Shown here: one piece after another, positions 11,738 through 22,769 of the stretch | Layout of the letters: the number at the start of each line of letters is the position of its first letter | Numbering within the stretch: position 1 is the first letter of the stretch | From: Ionaspis alba | Taxonomy: Eukaryota | Direction of reading: 5' to 3' | NCBI GenBank assembly: GCA_964255285.1 | Contig: CAXUUL010000088.1 | Coordinates: 1-34,492 of the forward strand | DNA: 34,492 bases | Made by a program: the position numbers and the translations under genes | The notes under the pieces: model-generated | Seen by the model: only the letters and a program-made list of their open reading frames with translations | What the model was told of the DNA's origin: nothing | Database searches by the model: none

Positions 11738-14049
11738 ATGTCTGTACGTGTAGTCGCACGGATCAGACCTCTGCTCAAATCTGAGCTTGACAAAGACACG
11801 ATTGTATCCGCCGTCAATACCGGTAATCAGACTTCGAGTACTCCAACCGTTGTGAGGATACCCAATCCCAAAAACGAGAACGAAGACTTCAGCTTTCAAT
11901 TCAACAGCGTCTACGGACAGGATGCTACTCAACAAGAAATCTTCGAACATGAAGGTACGAGCAGTCGTGGAGCACAACAGCTGGGTGCCAGGTGTCTGTT
12001 CTGACTCAATCCAGTTTCGCCAACTGTTAAGCATCTCTTTAATGGATTCGATGTCACACTATTTGCTTACGGAGTTACGGGTACCGGAAAGACACATACA
12101 ATGCGAGGAGGGAAATCATTGGCGGATCGTGGAGTTATTCCCAGACTCCTCAGTGGCATATACAGAAGATCCAGGAAGATTGAGAAGGATACGAAGGGCA
12201 CCACGATAGTGGAAGTCTCCATGAGCTACTACGAAATATACAACGATAAAGTTTTCGACCTTTTCGAAGCACCCGAGAAGCGAACCATGACAGGACTACA
12301 ATTACGGGACAATGGAGGTAAGACAACAGTGGTCGGCTTGACACAGAGGCCATGTGAAAGCTTAAAGGAGTTCGAAAGATTGTATGACCAGGCAAATGTC
12401 AACAGATCGACAAGCGCAACCAAGGTAAGTCAGCACGGCCTTGCAGAGTTTATGCATACTCATTTTTCTAGTTGAATGCACAGTCTTCGCGATCCCATGC
12501 GGTTCTTTGCGTAAAGCTCTCCGTCACTGCTGGGAACAAAACAAAGACTAGTATAGCATCAGCAATTGATCTCGCAGGATCAGAGGACAATAGGAGGACG
12601 GATAATGGTAAAGAACGGCTCGTCGAATCGGCTAGTATCAACAAAAGCTTGTTTGTACTTGCACAATGTGTCGAAGCCATTGGCAAGAAGCAGGCTCGAA
12701 TTCCGTATCGAGAATCGAAGATGACAAGGATTCTATCCCTAGGTCAGAATAATGGCCTAACTATCATGATCTTGAACATTGCTCCAGTCCGATCATATCA
12801 TCTGGATACACTCAGCTCGTTAAATTTTGCCAATCGAACAAAGAAGATCGAAGTGAAAGAGGTTGAAAATGAGTCTGTCCTTATCGATTGCGCACGTTCA
12901 AGGCCAACGGCGACTGGAGCATCTCTTCAACGACAGCCTTTGAGACCTTTGGCTAGCACTGTGCACAACGCTACTGTGCGATTCACGGACCACAGCGCCA
13001 ACCCTTCCGATAAATTGAAAGCCAAAGCTTTCTCGGTATACTCGGACCAGCCAAGATATCCGTTGTCCAATCCCTTGACAACATCTCGACGACTCGAAGC
13101 CCCGAAACGTTCGTCACCTCTGAAGCGACCCTCAGACTCGCTGAATGCAGCCGCATCACGAGCAAATAAATCTGCGCGACCAAGTCCTCCTCCCCCATCA
13201 CGATGTCAGTCTAACATGTCAAAAGCTGCCATCGAAAATATGGTCGAAAAGAAAGTGAGCGAAATACTGGCCGCTCGTGTTCTTGAACAGCAACTGGCTC
13301 GTCCGGTTGTACCGATCAGCGAAGACGTGCAGAGGCGGTTGGATCTATTAGAGCGGAGAATCGAGTCTCATGATGACGGTAGAGCAGAAGGATTGAGTTT
13401 CCTGCTAATGGCAAAGCAACATCATGCACGAGGGGAAGACGCAAGCGCTTTGAAGATGTACGAGTTAGCCAGAGAGTATTTCCCGGACAATTCCAAGTTG
13501 GAGAAGAAGATCTTGAGGTTACAAGAAAAGCTTCGAGACAAAAAGGTGGCGATTGAGAAAGTGAGCAGTGACATCGGTAGCTTGGCAAAGCCTGTGTTGC
13601 AGCAGTCCATTGCCACCTCTACCTTTGCACAGCAGAAAGTCAGTAATGACCCCCAAGGCGATGAAGATTATCAGGATGGCCCCGCTGGCCTCGACAACGA
13701 CTACGAATGTGATGGTGGATTCCGCTACAAGCCCAAGATGAAGAAATTGGGAGCAAAAAGGTACACGAATGAGGGCTCCTCGAGCGAGGATGTCTCACAA
13801 ACACCGCGAACGAAGCAACTCTTGGACATCATCAATACAAGGGACGTTGCACGGATTCGTTTACTGAAAGGAGTCGGGGCCAAGAAGGCAGAATCAATAA
13901 TAGAAGCGCTATGTGTTGGTGAAGACAACGAAGAGGATGGAGAAAGACTGATCGGTAGTCTCGGTCAATTGAGCAGCTTGAAAGGCGTGGGTTCTAAGAC
14001 GGTAGAGAACATGAGATTGGGACTTGGAGGAGTACCTCTAGATGCATAG
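11738..14049 (+). CDS. Kinesin-10 family (Kid/KIF22-like) chromokinesin with C-terminal helix-hairpin-helix motifs; 3 exons
   Basis: N-terminal motor with VRVVARIRP, P-loop AYGVTGTGKTHTM, NAQSSRSHA, DLAGSE and IPYRESKMTRIL. Two C-terminal HhH motifs (LLKGVGAKKAESI, LKGVGSKTVENM). Introns at 11955-12014 and 12425-12471. Confidence 0.9.
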
Positions 14050-14541
14050 GCATTGGGCTTCTGTCGAGTCAATGAGCGAAAACATAGCGAGGCGTTTGGG
14101 AAATTCATACCTTGAGGGGGGCTGATGTCTGCGAATCTGCGAGGGCTCGTTGGACAACAGACATGGAATCTGAGCCGGGAAGACCTTCAACAGAGTTGTT
14201 CTAGGTCTAGCTACATAGCATAAAAGATCATACCGGAGCGCAAGACGGACACGATGGTGGGAGATTGCACATCTCGTGAAGCTAATCTTGTGTTCTTGCT
14301 CGTGCGTGCTATTTGATGTTACAGTCTATGGTACTTGTGCCTCTGCGTTCAGGTACGTGGAGTCACCGATACATACATCGCTGCACATGCCAGGTTAGGC
14401 AGCAAGATTCATCCCAGGACCGAAATGCCTCGCAATACAATGAGGTTGAACTTCCTCATTTCGACGAAATACCGAAAAGCATTGCAACAACGTGCAGCCC
14501 AATCATATCCAACTCACAAGCCAAACACACTATTCGCTAAC

Positions 14542-15591
14542 TTATCCTGCCTCTCCAAAGTCATAGTGACCGGTCTTCTTCGCGTGCTCTGTTGCTCCTG
14601 CCTCGCCCGTGAATATGCCTCCACATATGTTGCACTTCACGCTGAAAGCAGCTGTGTCCGTGAAGTAATGCTGCCCTTGCAACACTCGACATAGCTCCAC
14701 TGCCTTCTCCAGAATAGCCTCGTCATCCGAGTTGAAGATCTTGGTGTCAAATTCTGGTGGTGCATAGGACTGTTCAAATGGCGGATCGGAAGGTGACAGA
14801 GCGATGGTGTCGTAATGAATCCCAGAATACACGAGGATGCATCTAGTAGGCCTGCCTTCGTTGAAGCGGTCTACTCGCAATGTCTGAACATCAATTGAAC
14901 AGATTTCGAGATCGAAATGCTTGCTCAGGATGCCAAGCTCAATGGCGCCACCCCAAGCGTCTGCTGTCTGGATCCATCCACAGTACTGGTCTATGGGCTG
15001 GTCGAGCACGACCTCCGAGTAGACATCAGGAGCGGTCTGGATGTTCTGGGCAATGATTGAGCGCAGCTCTGTCATGTTGTCGAGGTCTCCAAAGAGAGCA
15101 GAGCCGAAAGCGCGGAAGAGACAGGAGTTGTCGTCCGGCATTATCCGAAGGAGTATTGTCGAGGCATGACTTGGAAGGGGGAGTTCCGGAGCATCTACTA
15201 GAGGCGGTTTCCGTGTCAAGGAGAGGGGTGGTGGAGCTCCAGCAGCTCTTGGCTCTAGCTTTTTCGATCGGCCATCACCCTGGTCTGGCTTGACATCCAC
15301 GTTGGTGAGAACCGATTCGGAAAGAGGTTCGGTAACATTCCCATTTCCGAGTGCAACTTGTCTTGGGCTCACGATCAATTGCTCGCCATCAAGGTTGATC
15401 CCAATCTCTGACACTTTCGAAGTTGCCGCATACTGGTGAAGTAATAGTGGTTTGGGCGGATAGCCAATCTTGACGTCAAATTCCAATACAGAGGTACTCT
15501 CTGCTATCCGTCTTTGAAGTTCTTCAACTGTTGCAGTCGCTGGTAGGGTGATCGCAGATGAGCCAGTTGGGCCACGTATTCTAATTCTCAT
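14542..15591 (-). CDS. OTU1: OTU-domain deubiquitinase Otu1/YOD1 (UBX-like domain, OTU domain, C2H2 zinc finger)
   Basis: MRIRIRGP...IGYPPKPL ubiquitin-like N-terminus, catalytic MPDDNSCLFRA, WGGAIEL, YSGIHYD and C-terminal CNIC...HAKKTGH. The true start is taken as Met at 15591, not the ORF-track start at 15795. Confidence 0.95.
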   Translation of the reverse strand: MRIRIRGPTGSSAITLPATATVEELQRRIAESTSVLEFDVKIGYPPKPLLLHQYAATSKVSEIGINLDGEQLIVSPRQVALGNGNVTEPLSESVLTNVDVKPDQGDGRSKKLEPRAAGAPPPLSLTRKPPLVDAPELPLPSHASTILLRIMPDDNSCLFRAFGSALFGDLDNMTELRSIIAQNIQTAPDVYSEVVLDQPIDQYCGWIQTADAWGGAIELGILSKHFDLEICSIDVQTLRVDRFNEGRPTRCILVYSGIHYDTIALSPSDPPFEQSYAPPEFDTKIFNSDDEAILEKAVELCRVLQGQHYFTDTAAFSVKCNICGGIFTGEAGATEHAKKTGHYDFGEAG

Positions 15592-15840
15592 GGCTAAGAA
15601 AGACAGAAAATAAGATAGACCAAGCCAACGTGGGTACAACGTCAAAATGACTTTATTTAACGAAAAGACAAGTTTCCTTTCTTCAAGCGGAGCCGGTGTA
15701 CATTCTCGATAGTAGAAAGACTTGTATCTCACATGTCTGATTGCAAAGTGATGGATGGTTGGACTTAGACTTTGATTTATAAGCTTGATTGCCACAACAC
15801 TTCCCTGGAAGCAGTTGCTGAATATCCATTTTGCCTCAAA

Positions 15841-16210
15841 AACTCAGACCCCTGTCCAGGCCGTCTAACCTCGTCCAGAGGGTCTAAGTTCACCAATCAC
15901 GAATTTGCTCAAGTTGGGTTTACGTGTTTACGATTACAGCGCAACGACGAATGTATATATCGTGGATATAACTTCGCTCGGAGCAAAATGTATCGTTTTT
16001 TTTAATACATTTACGATATCTTTTGACAAGTAAATCATGCGCAATTCTGTTTTTAAAATCTCGACATATGCCGACTGGTTTTCTATTTGTGTATAAATCT
16101 CAAAAATACGCGTAGATGTATTATTGGGAACCTCTACCTGAAGGTTAAACTCGTTGATGGACTCAAACCCCTCTTGCGAGGTTATACAGCCTTGAACAAG
16201 GGTCTGAGTT
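15841..16210. mobile_element. Degenerate MITE-like element: ~50-bp terminal inverted repeats around an AT-rich non-coding core
   Basis: Left arm 15841-15890 is AACTCAGACCCCTGTCCAGGCCGTCTAACCTCG...GGGTCTAAGTT. The reverse complement of 16160-16210 is AACTCAGACCCTTGTTCAAGGCTGTATAACCTCG...GGGTTTGAGTC. By hand about 37 of 51 positions match, and the first 11 are identical. No target-site duplication is seen. Confidence 0.55.
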
Positions 16211-16435
16211 TCTGGGCGGGAGAAGCTCGGCTCGGCTCGGCGGACCGAAAGATTTCCCGCTTCCTAGCGCGCAGCCACGTTCACTGAATTGCTAGGGTCT
16301 GGCGCGTCTCTCGCTCACAGATCCCTCGGGGGTTGAATCTACACTACCTACATTTCAAGATTATCCTCGCATGATACAGCAAGGACCCTCGCATGATCGA
16401 ATAGTAGTCCTTACGGGTTGAGGAACCCACCCAAG

Positions 16436-19370
16436 ATGGACGATTCGAGAGAAAATGGGAGTGCGACACCAGTCCTAGAATCCACCGAGACCGACGTGGT
16501 CGAGGTCAAGGAAGAAGCTCCTACAGTCACTGATGAGCAGTGGCGCGCTATGAAAGCCGTCATAGAGGCGCTGGTCAATTACCGAGACGCGGAGTAAGAC
16601 TGTCATCCTCAGTCATCATGGAAAAGCAGCTGGACTAAATTGTGGTAGAGGTCATGACCCTTCTAAGATCTTCCACAAAAAGGTCAACAAGCGATCATTA
16701 CCTGATTACTACGAAGTTATTAAAGAGCCTGTTGCTATCAGTACGTTGAAATCGAAATTGCTAAACCGGGAGTACAAAACCTTTGCGGAATACGTTCGAG
16801 ACTGCGCCCTAATCGTCCACAATGCGCAAACGTACAACCGGCCAGATGCAGGGGCATACCTGGATGCCTTGACCATTAAGGGTGTCATGGAAAATCAGTT
16901 TCAGAAGCTAGCAAGCCAAAAGGTCATTGAACCAGAGGTAGCCATTCTTCCCGATCTCGGCGAAATACCACCTGTCGAAGCCTTACCGATCGAGGAGGAG
17001 GAGGAGGATGAGGAGGAAGATGAAGACGAAGACGAAGACGATGATGCAGATGATTCAGAAGAGGAGGGAGGACGTAAGAAGCGCAAGCGTGGTCGACGCT
17101 CAAGTGCGGCTATGCTCAAACGCGAAGGAACTTTGAAGGACGACGGAACACAGAAAACCGGTGATTCAGCGGCAAAGAAGAAAAGAGGAAGACCTCCAAA
17201 GGTCGACACGCCTATGGAAGCTAGGATCAAAAACGTGCTGAAAGCTATTCGAAAACCAAAGAACGACCAAGGGCAGATCATGATCCACCATTTCGAAAAG
17301 CTCCCGGACAAGGCAACGATGCCCGAATATTTTGCAGAAATCAAGGAGCCAATAGCTATCGAGCTGATCAAGGTGAGCTCCTTCGGAGCATAAGACACAT
17401 GCAAATGTCGTCCACCGTATTCGTGCCTGGCTTACGTGTTCGTTTTTTATCTAGCGAAAGCAAAAACGGAAGAAATACCATTCTGTGGATCATTTCATGA
17501 GAGATCTCGACACTATGTTCAACAACGCAACGGCCTACAATCAAGATGAAAGCCAGATATACAAGGACGCAATCTATCTCCAGGTACGCGACAAACTGAT
17601 GTCCTGACAGACCTCCAGGAATTGATGCACTCTAGAATGAAGCCCACAGGTTAGCAGACATAGAAAATAAACGACCAGATAGTGACTTTGTAATGGAGGA
17701 AGGGCGGATACCATTACCCAATGGCATTCTCCACAACAACGAGCTGTGGCAGGTTGGCGACTGGGTCCACATTCAAAATCCTAATGATGTGACGAAGCCC
17801 ATCGTCGCACAGATCTATAGGACGTGGCAAGATACCGAGGGTCTGAAGTGGATCAACGCTTGCTGGTATTATCGACCGGAACAAACCGTGCATCAGTATG
17901 AAAAGCACTTCTTTCCCGACGAGGTTGTCAAGACCGGGCAGTATCGGGATCATCATATTGACGACATCATCGACCGTTGCTTTGTCATGTTCTTCACAAG
18001 GTACAGTAGAGGCAGACCTCGTGGAATTCCAGCTGAACGAGAAGTATACGTCTGTGAAGCTCGTTATAACGAAGAGAAGCACAAATTGAACAAGATCAAG
18101 ACTTGGGCAAGCTGTCTGCCAGATGAAGTGAGAGACAAAGATTACGAGATGGATCTCTTCGATGGGCTGAGAAAAGTCAAAAAAGTTCCGAGCCCCTTAT
18201 TGCATTTGCTCAAGGACGATTCAAAAGAGACCGATGAATTGCCAAAACCTACGTGGGGTGCTGAAAATGCACCTCCTATTGTAGGTGGCATTTTTAAAGG
18301 ACCGAGAGACGAAAATGCAAGTTTAAGAAAGCACTAGCTCTATCATCCGATTCATCACTGACGTTTTGACAACACAGCAATCGCCACCACCCGAACCAAC
18401 ACCTTCACCTCCTCCACAGCCGCCTCAGCCAGCAAGGCAAATTTCCACAATATCAAACAACGACAACGCCTATCGAAGGAACAGTGAGCTGAACGTAGCC
18501 ATGGAAGAAGCCGGCCGGGCTTTTGGTTCAAGTTCGACGCCTCTTCAGAATAATGCTACGCAACCATCATATACTCAACCTCAGACCACGCAGCAGTACC
18601 ACCAGCATTCCGCTTCTCCTGCTCCAGCCCAATACCAACAGCACACTCAACAAACTACATCCTACACCCCTCAAACCCATCATAGCGCTTTCGTACAACC
18701 TCAGACGTCCGGCCATGCAGACCACTACGCCTCTACTCCTGGCCGGTATAATCCACAGACCGTAGGTCGTATTAATGCTCTACCTGGTATGACATCGAAT
18801 GCGCAACGTCCAGCCGAAGTCTATCATCTGAGCGACTCTGCCAATCTCACAATACCTGACGACATTCGCGAGCAATTCCAGCGAGATGACCAAGGGAGGG
18901 TACTGTTCTTCACAACACCACCTCTTGATGTTCTGCCACCCACCAAGAAAGGTGAAGCATTAGGTCACAGCGCACGCTATCTTGCAGCGAAATTGCGACG
19001 AGAGGATGAAATGAAAGAGAAGAGGAAGTCTAACGAAGCGAGGCTTCTGGAAGAAGAGGCGAACAAGAAGAAGAGAAAACTCAATGAGTCATCGCAATTA
19101 GCCGACAAGATCGAAGACTTGAAAGTCAGGTCATTGGTGGCTCTACAGAGGCAGATGGAAAAGGAGGAGATCAGCTTGTGGAAGGGGATGTATGGGAACC
19201 AATGGGAGGAGGCAAGAAATATTGAAAGGATGAGGCTGGAGAAATCGCAGAGGGAGTGGAAGGCCAAGATGGTCACAGAGGAAGAGATCGCAAGGACGAT
19301 TGGGGAGAGGGAGTTTGTTTCGCTGAAGAGTCCTCGAGTATTTTTGGATGATGTTGATCCGCGATACTAG
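16436..19370 (+). CDS. RSC1: RSC chromatin-remodelling subunit Rsc1/Rsc2 (two bromodomains, AT-hook, BAH domain); 5 exons
   Basis: Bromodomain 1 (LPDYYEVIKEP...HNAQTYN), acidic tract, AT-hook KKRGRPPK, bromodomain 2 (PEYFAEIKEP...MFNNATAYN) and BAH domain (VGDWVHIQN...NACWYYRPEQT...YVCEARY). Introns at ~16594-16649, 17372-17454, 17584-17635 and 18317-18377 (GC-AG). Confidence 0.93.
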
Positions 19371-19778
19371 AATTCTGTCTCCATGCGCAGCGAGAATCTC
19401 GCAGCCGCGGTTATGGGTCTGTATGGGAGGAACCGCCAGGCCGAGATTAGAAGGTCGCCGGTTAGGATTCTTAGTGATGTCCAATTTGTTCACTCGAGAA
19501 TAGCCTCGTGGTGGGAATTGCACAGACCACGATTGTTTGCAGAAATCTGTCTACCATGCTGGAGAGGTATTGCAACAGCACGTCAAATGAGCATTCGTTC
19601 AAGTCGTCATCTTATCACCCGTGATTCAATCCGATTTTAGGCTGGTGCTATTCTAAAGATGGTGGCGTTTGGGATTAACCCGGAAGCCACTTGTCACATT
19701 CCGGAGTAGAGTCAACCCAACTTTTCCCCGGTCACCTTGCGGCGAGGTGGACACAACAACGATCTGATCGTAGTCACT

Positions 19779-21415
19779 ATGATATTACGAAGCTCATATA
19801 TTGCTCTTGGAGCGACTCTTCTGCTTAACAGTTCAATAGTATGCGGCCTTTCATCGTCCGAAATCCCCCATGACACCCCCATTTCCTCACTTGTCTCCTC
19901 CGCAAAAGCACATCTCGCCCAGGGCAACGCCAACGATGCTCTCACATACTTCGATGTCGCTATCTCCCGAGATCCCAGGAATTACCTTACCATTTTCCAG
20001 CGTGGCGCAACATACCTATCTCTTGGCAAAAGTGCCAAAGCCAGCGATGACTTCGACCGAGTGCTTTCGATAAAGCCAGGCTTCGAGGGAGCATTGGTGC
20101 AGCGCGCAAAGATAAAGAGCAGGGTGGCAGATTGGGAGGGAGCAAAATCAGACTACAAGGCTGCTGGCAAGGAGCATTCGCCCGACTTTGCTGAGCTGGA
20201 GCAGGCGCAAGGTGCTGCCTCTGTTGCTTTGGACGCTGAGAAGGCTCAGGACTGGGAAGGATGTGTCACGCAAGCGGGGGCGGCAATCATGATTGCGAGC
20301 ACAGCTCTGAGCCTACGGCAATTGAGAGCGAAATGTCGATTTGAGAGAGGGGAAATTCGAGAAGGTGCCAGTGACTTACAGAGAGTCCTGATGCTTTCAC
20401 CAAAATCTATCGAGCCTCATCTTCGGATATCTTCTTCTCTTTTCTACGCCTTGGGAGACATAGAAAAGGGCATGGCACAGATCCGCAGCTGTCTTCACTC
20501 GGACCCAGACTCCAAGCCTTGTGCTAAGCTCTATAGGAGAGAGAAGACACTCGACAAAGCTTTGAAGAAAGTGAATGAAATGAAGCAGAAGAGACAATTT
20601 AATAGCGCTGCAAATCTCTTGGTGGGCTCGGGGGAGGATACTGGTCTGATAGACGGTATCAAGGAGGATATCAAGATTGCCAAAACCTCCGGCGCAATTC
20701 ATAAAAATTCTCCTAACGACCTAGTCAATAGTCTTGTTGAGATGACCTGTGAGATCTATGGCGAGGTGAGGTCCAAACACGTTATTCATTCCTTTCTCAA
20801 TGCACAATGCTGATAGCGCTGTAGATGAACAACAAGCGAAAAGCTCAACCATACTGTGAAGAAGCCCTAGCCACAAACCCAGACTCCCTCCCTGCGCTCC
20901 TCTTCAAAGCCAAGCAGCAAATCGAGTCCGAGGACTTCGAACCTGCGATCGTAACTCTCAAGCACGCCAAAGACCATCATCCTTCGTCTCAAGAAATCGA
21001 ATCTCTTCTCCAAAAGGCTCACACCCTCCTCAAGCGCTCCAAGACAAAGGATTACTACAAAATTCTAGGGGTGCCCAATGACGCGACGGATAGACAAATT
21101 AAGTCCGCTTATCGGAGCATGACGAAGAAGTTCCATCCAGACAAGGCGGCCTCACAAGGGATGAGCAAGGAGGCTGCGGAAAAGAAAATGGCAGCCATCA
21201 ACGAGGCGTACGAGGTTCTTGGCAACCCAGAATTGAAGGCGAGGTTTGATAATGGCGACGACCCCAACAGTCAAGAACATCAAGGGTCACCGTTCCAGGG
21301 CAGTCCGTTCCATCATGGGCCAGGCGGACAGCAATTCTTTTTCAGACAATCTGGTGGAGGAGGATTTCCTGGCGGAGGATTTAAGTTTCAGCATGGAGGC
21401 TTCCAGTTTGGTTGA
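19779..21415 (+). CDS. DNAJC3: ER-lumenal TPR + J-domain co-chaperone (DNAJC3/P58IPK, Jem1-like); 2 exons
   Basis: Signal peptide MILRSSYIALGATLLLNSSIVCG, TPR repeats (YLTIFQRGATYLSLG, IRSCLHSDPD), C-terminal J domain (KDYYKILGV...FHPDK...INEAYEVL) and G/F-rich tail. Intron at ~20766-20824. Confidence 0.92.
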
Positions 21416-21752
21416 TCTCGGTGTATTCTTAAATAGGATTGTATGGATGGGGAGTTTGCGGTGTTGTCCATTTTAGAGCAATAATGGGTAATCAAATAAA
21501 ATTGTAGGAATTTAAGCTTCCTTACTTTTACTGCTCCTGTCTATTTCTCATCCATAACATTTAATCAGTGCAATGCTTGAAAGTAGTCCTTTGTGGACGT
21601 CAACGCTGTTCCCAACCCCCTTACACGTGTCCTAGCAAATCCACCAGACCTCCACCTACAGTTTAGTCGATGCAAGTCCGCCACAAATCAAGGTACTGAA
21701 TCTGGGCATTCGTAACAGACCTCTCTACTCCAATAATGTATCATTACGAACC

Positions 21753-21757
21753 AAAAA
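21753..21757 (-). terminator. RNA polymerase III terminator (T5) of the tRNA-Ser gene
   Basis: AAAAA on the plus strand gives TTTTT on the minus strand, about 10 nt downstream of the tRNA 3' end. Confidence 0.7.
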
Positions 21758-21767
21758 CAATCTCAAG

Positions 21768-21876
21768 CGACACCGGCAGGGATTGAACCTGCGCTCCCGA
21801 AAGAACTAGATGCCTGGATATGGACTTTTCACCCAAAATTTCAAGTCTAGCGCCTTAACCACTCGGCCACAGTGTC
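21768..21876 (-). tRNA. tRNA-Ser(UGA) with a 28-nt intron (21812-21839)
   Basis: GACACTG/CGGTGTC acceptor stem plus G discriminator, A-box TGGCCGAGTGG, anticodon stem CTAGA/TCTAG with loop CT-TGA-A, intron after base 37, long variable arm (TTCTTTCGGGAG) and T-arm GCAGG-TTCAATC-CCTGC. Confidence 0.96.
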
Positions 21877-22769
21877 AATAAGACATATTTTCATATTTCC
21901 TCATATGTACTATTTCGGCGCGGCTGGACGACTCTTTGATGACTAATGCACTGATACCGAAAAGTTCGCTGAGGCCCCTGCTACCTTCCAGGTTTCAAGC
22001 CCGAGATTGCTTTCATCTGGCTGATGGAAGTGAGAATTTGTATAACGATTCTATCATGACCCGAGAATAACGAAAAAGGCGGCGGCATGAGAATTGTCTT
22101 ATCCTACCATTCGCTGATACAGGGCATCGTATCTTAGCATCAATGCCTCGACATGGTGGTCGTTCTGTTATACTTATCAGTCAGAACATATTCACCAATG
22201 CGACTCAAACGGGTCTCGAGTCATTGAGGAGTGAGATCTGCTTTGTACTGATTTACTCAACGATTTTGTTTGTCCAACCAAACGCAGTCCACCTTTTCGA
22301 GAAGCACCTGAGCACGACACACCGCGCAGTTCTCTCGCATTGATCAGAAGAGGCTGATCTAAACCCCAATACCACAGTCTTCCGTTGTGCGTGGTGAACT
22401 ATCGCCTTCTGCTACATCCGTCCAAAAAGAACCATGATCGATTTCGCAGCATTCTTCCTTCCTATCAGAGATGAGGAGCTGTAATCGGAGATTTCCATGG
22501 TCCAGCGGGTAGAGGGTTGCCTCGCTCGGTATATTGACGAGGCTCCAAACTGCCACCAATTCCGCTGTCTCAAAATATTCGGCCCTGTAATGTCTTCTCC
22601 CCAATCTCCTCTTCCTTCCCGTCTCGAATCGTGCTCACAGAGCAGCAAAAGTGGACAGTACTTTGCTCGGGCTGTGAGTGATCAGTGGGGAGTATGGATC
22701 GATTGAGACTGCCTATTCCTCAAGCTCTCATCTCAGCATGGACAAGTTCTCGATGTGTTCCGCCATCAT

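Noticed and set aside
15592..15795. N-terminal extension of OTU1 in the ORF track
   Set aside because: It begins at a non-ATG codon. The conserved domain starts at Met 15591.
16901..17404. Antisense ORF with poly-Ser, and the many other short antisense or overlapping ORFs in the track
   Set aside because: These are shadows of real coding sequence (here the GAG/GAT acidic tract of RSC1) with no independent evidence.
21768..21876. tRNA read as a selenocysteine or UGA-suppressor tRNA
   Set aside because: The anticodon is UGA, which decodes UCA Ser, not UCA. The structure is an ordinary class II tRNA-Ser.
22143..22706. Overlapping short ORFs and a branch-point/acceptor-like CTGAT...CAG (minus strand, ~22672) between the tRNA and the LRR-like gene
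   Set aside because: No recognisable protein motif in any frame and no convincing donor. It could be a relic but cannot be supported without BLASTX.
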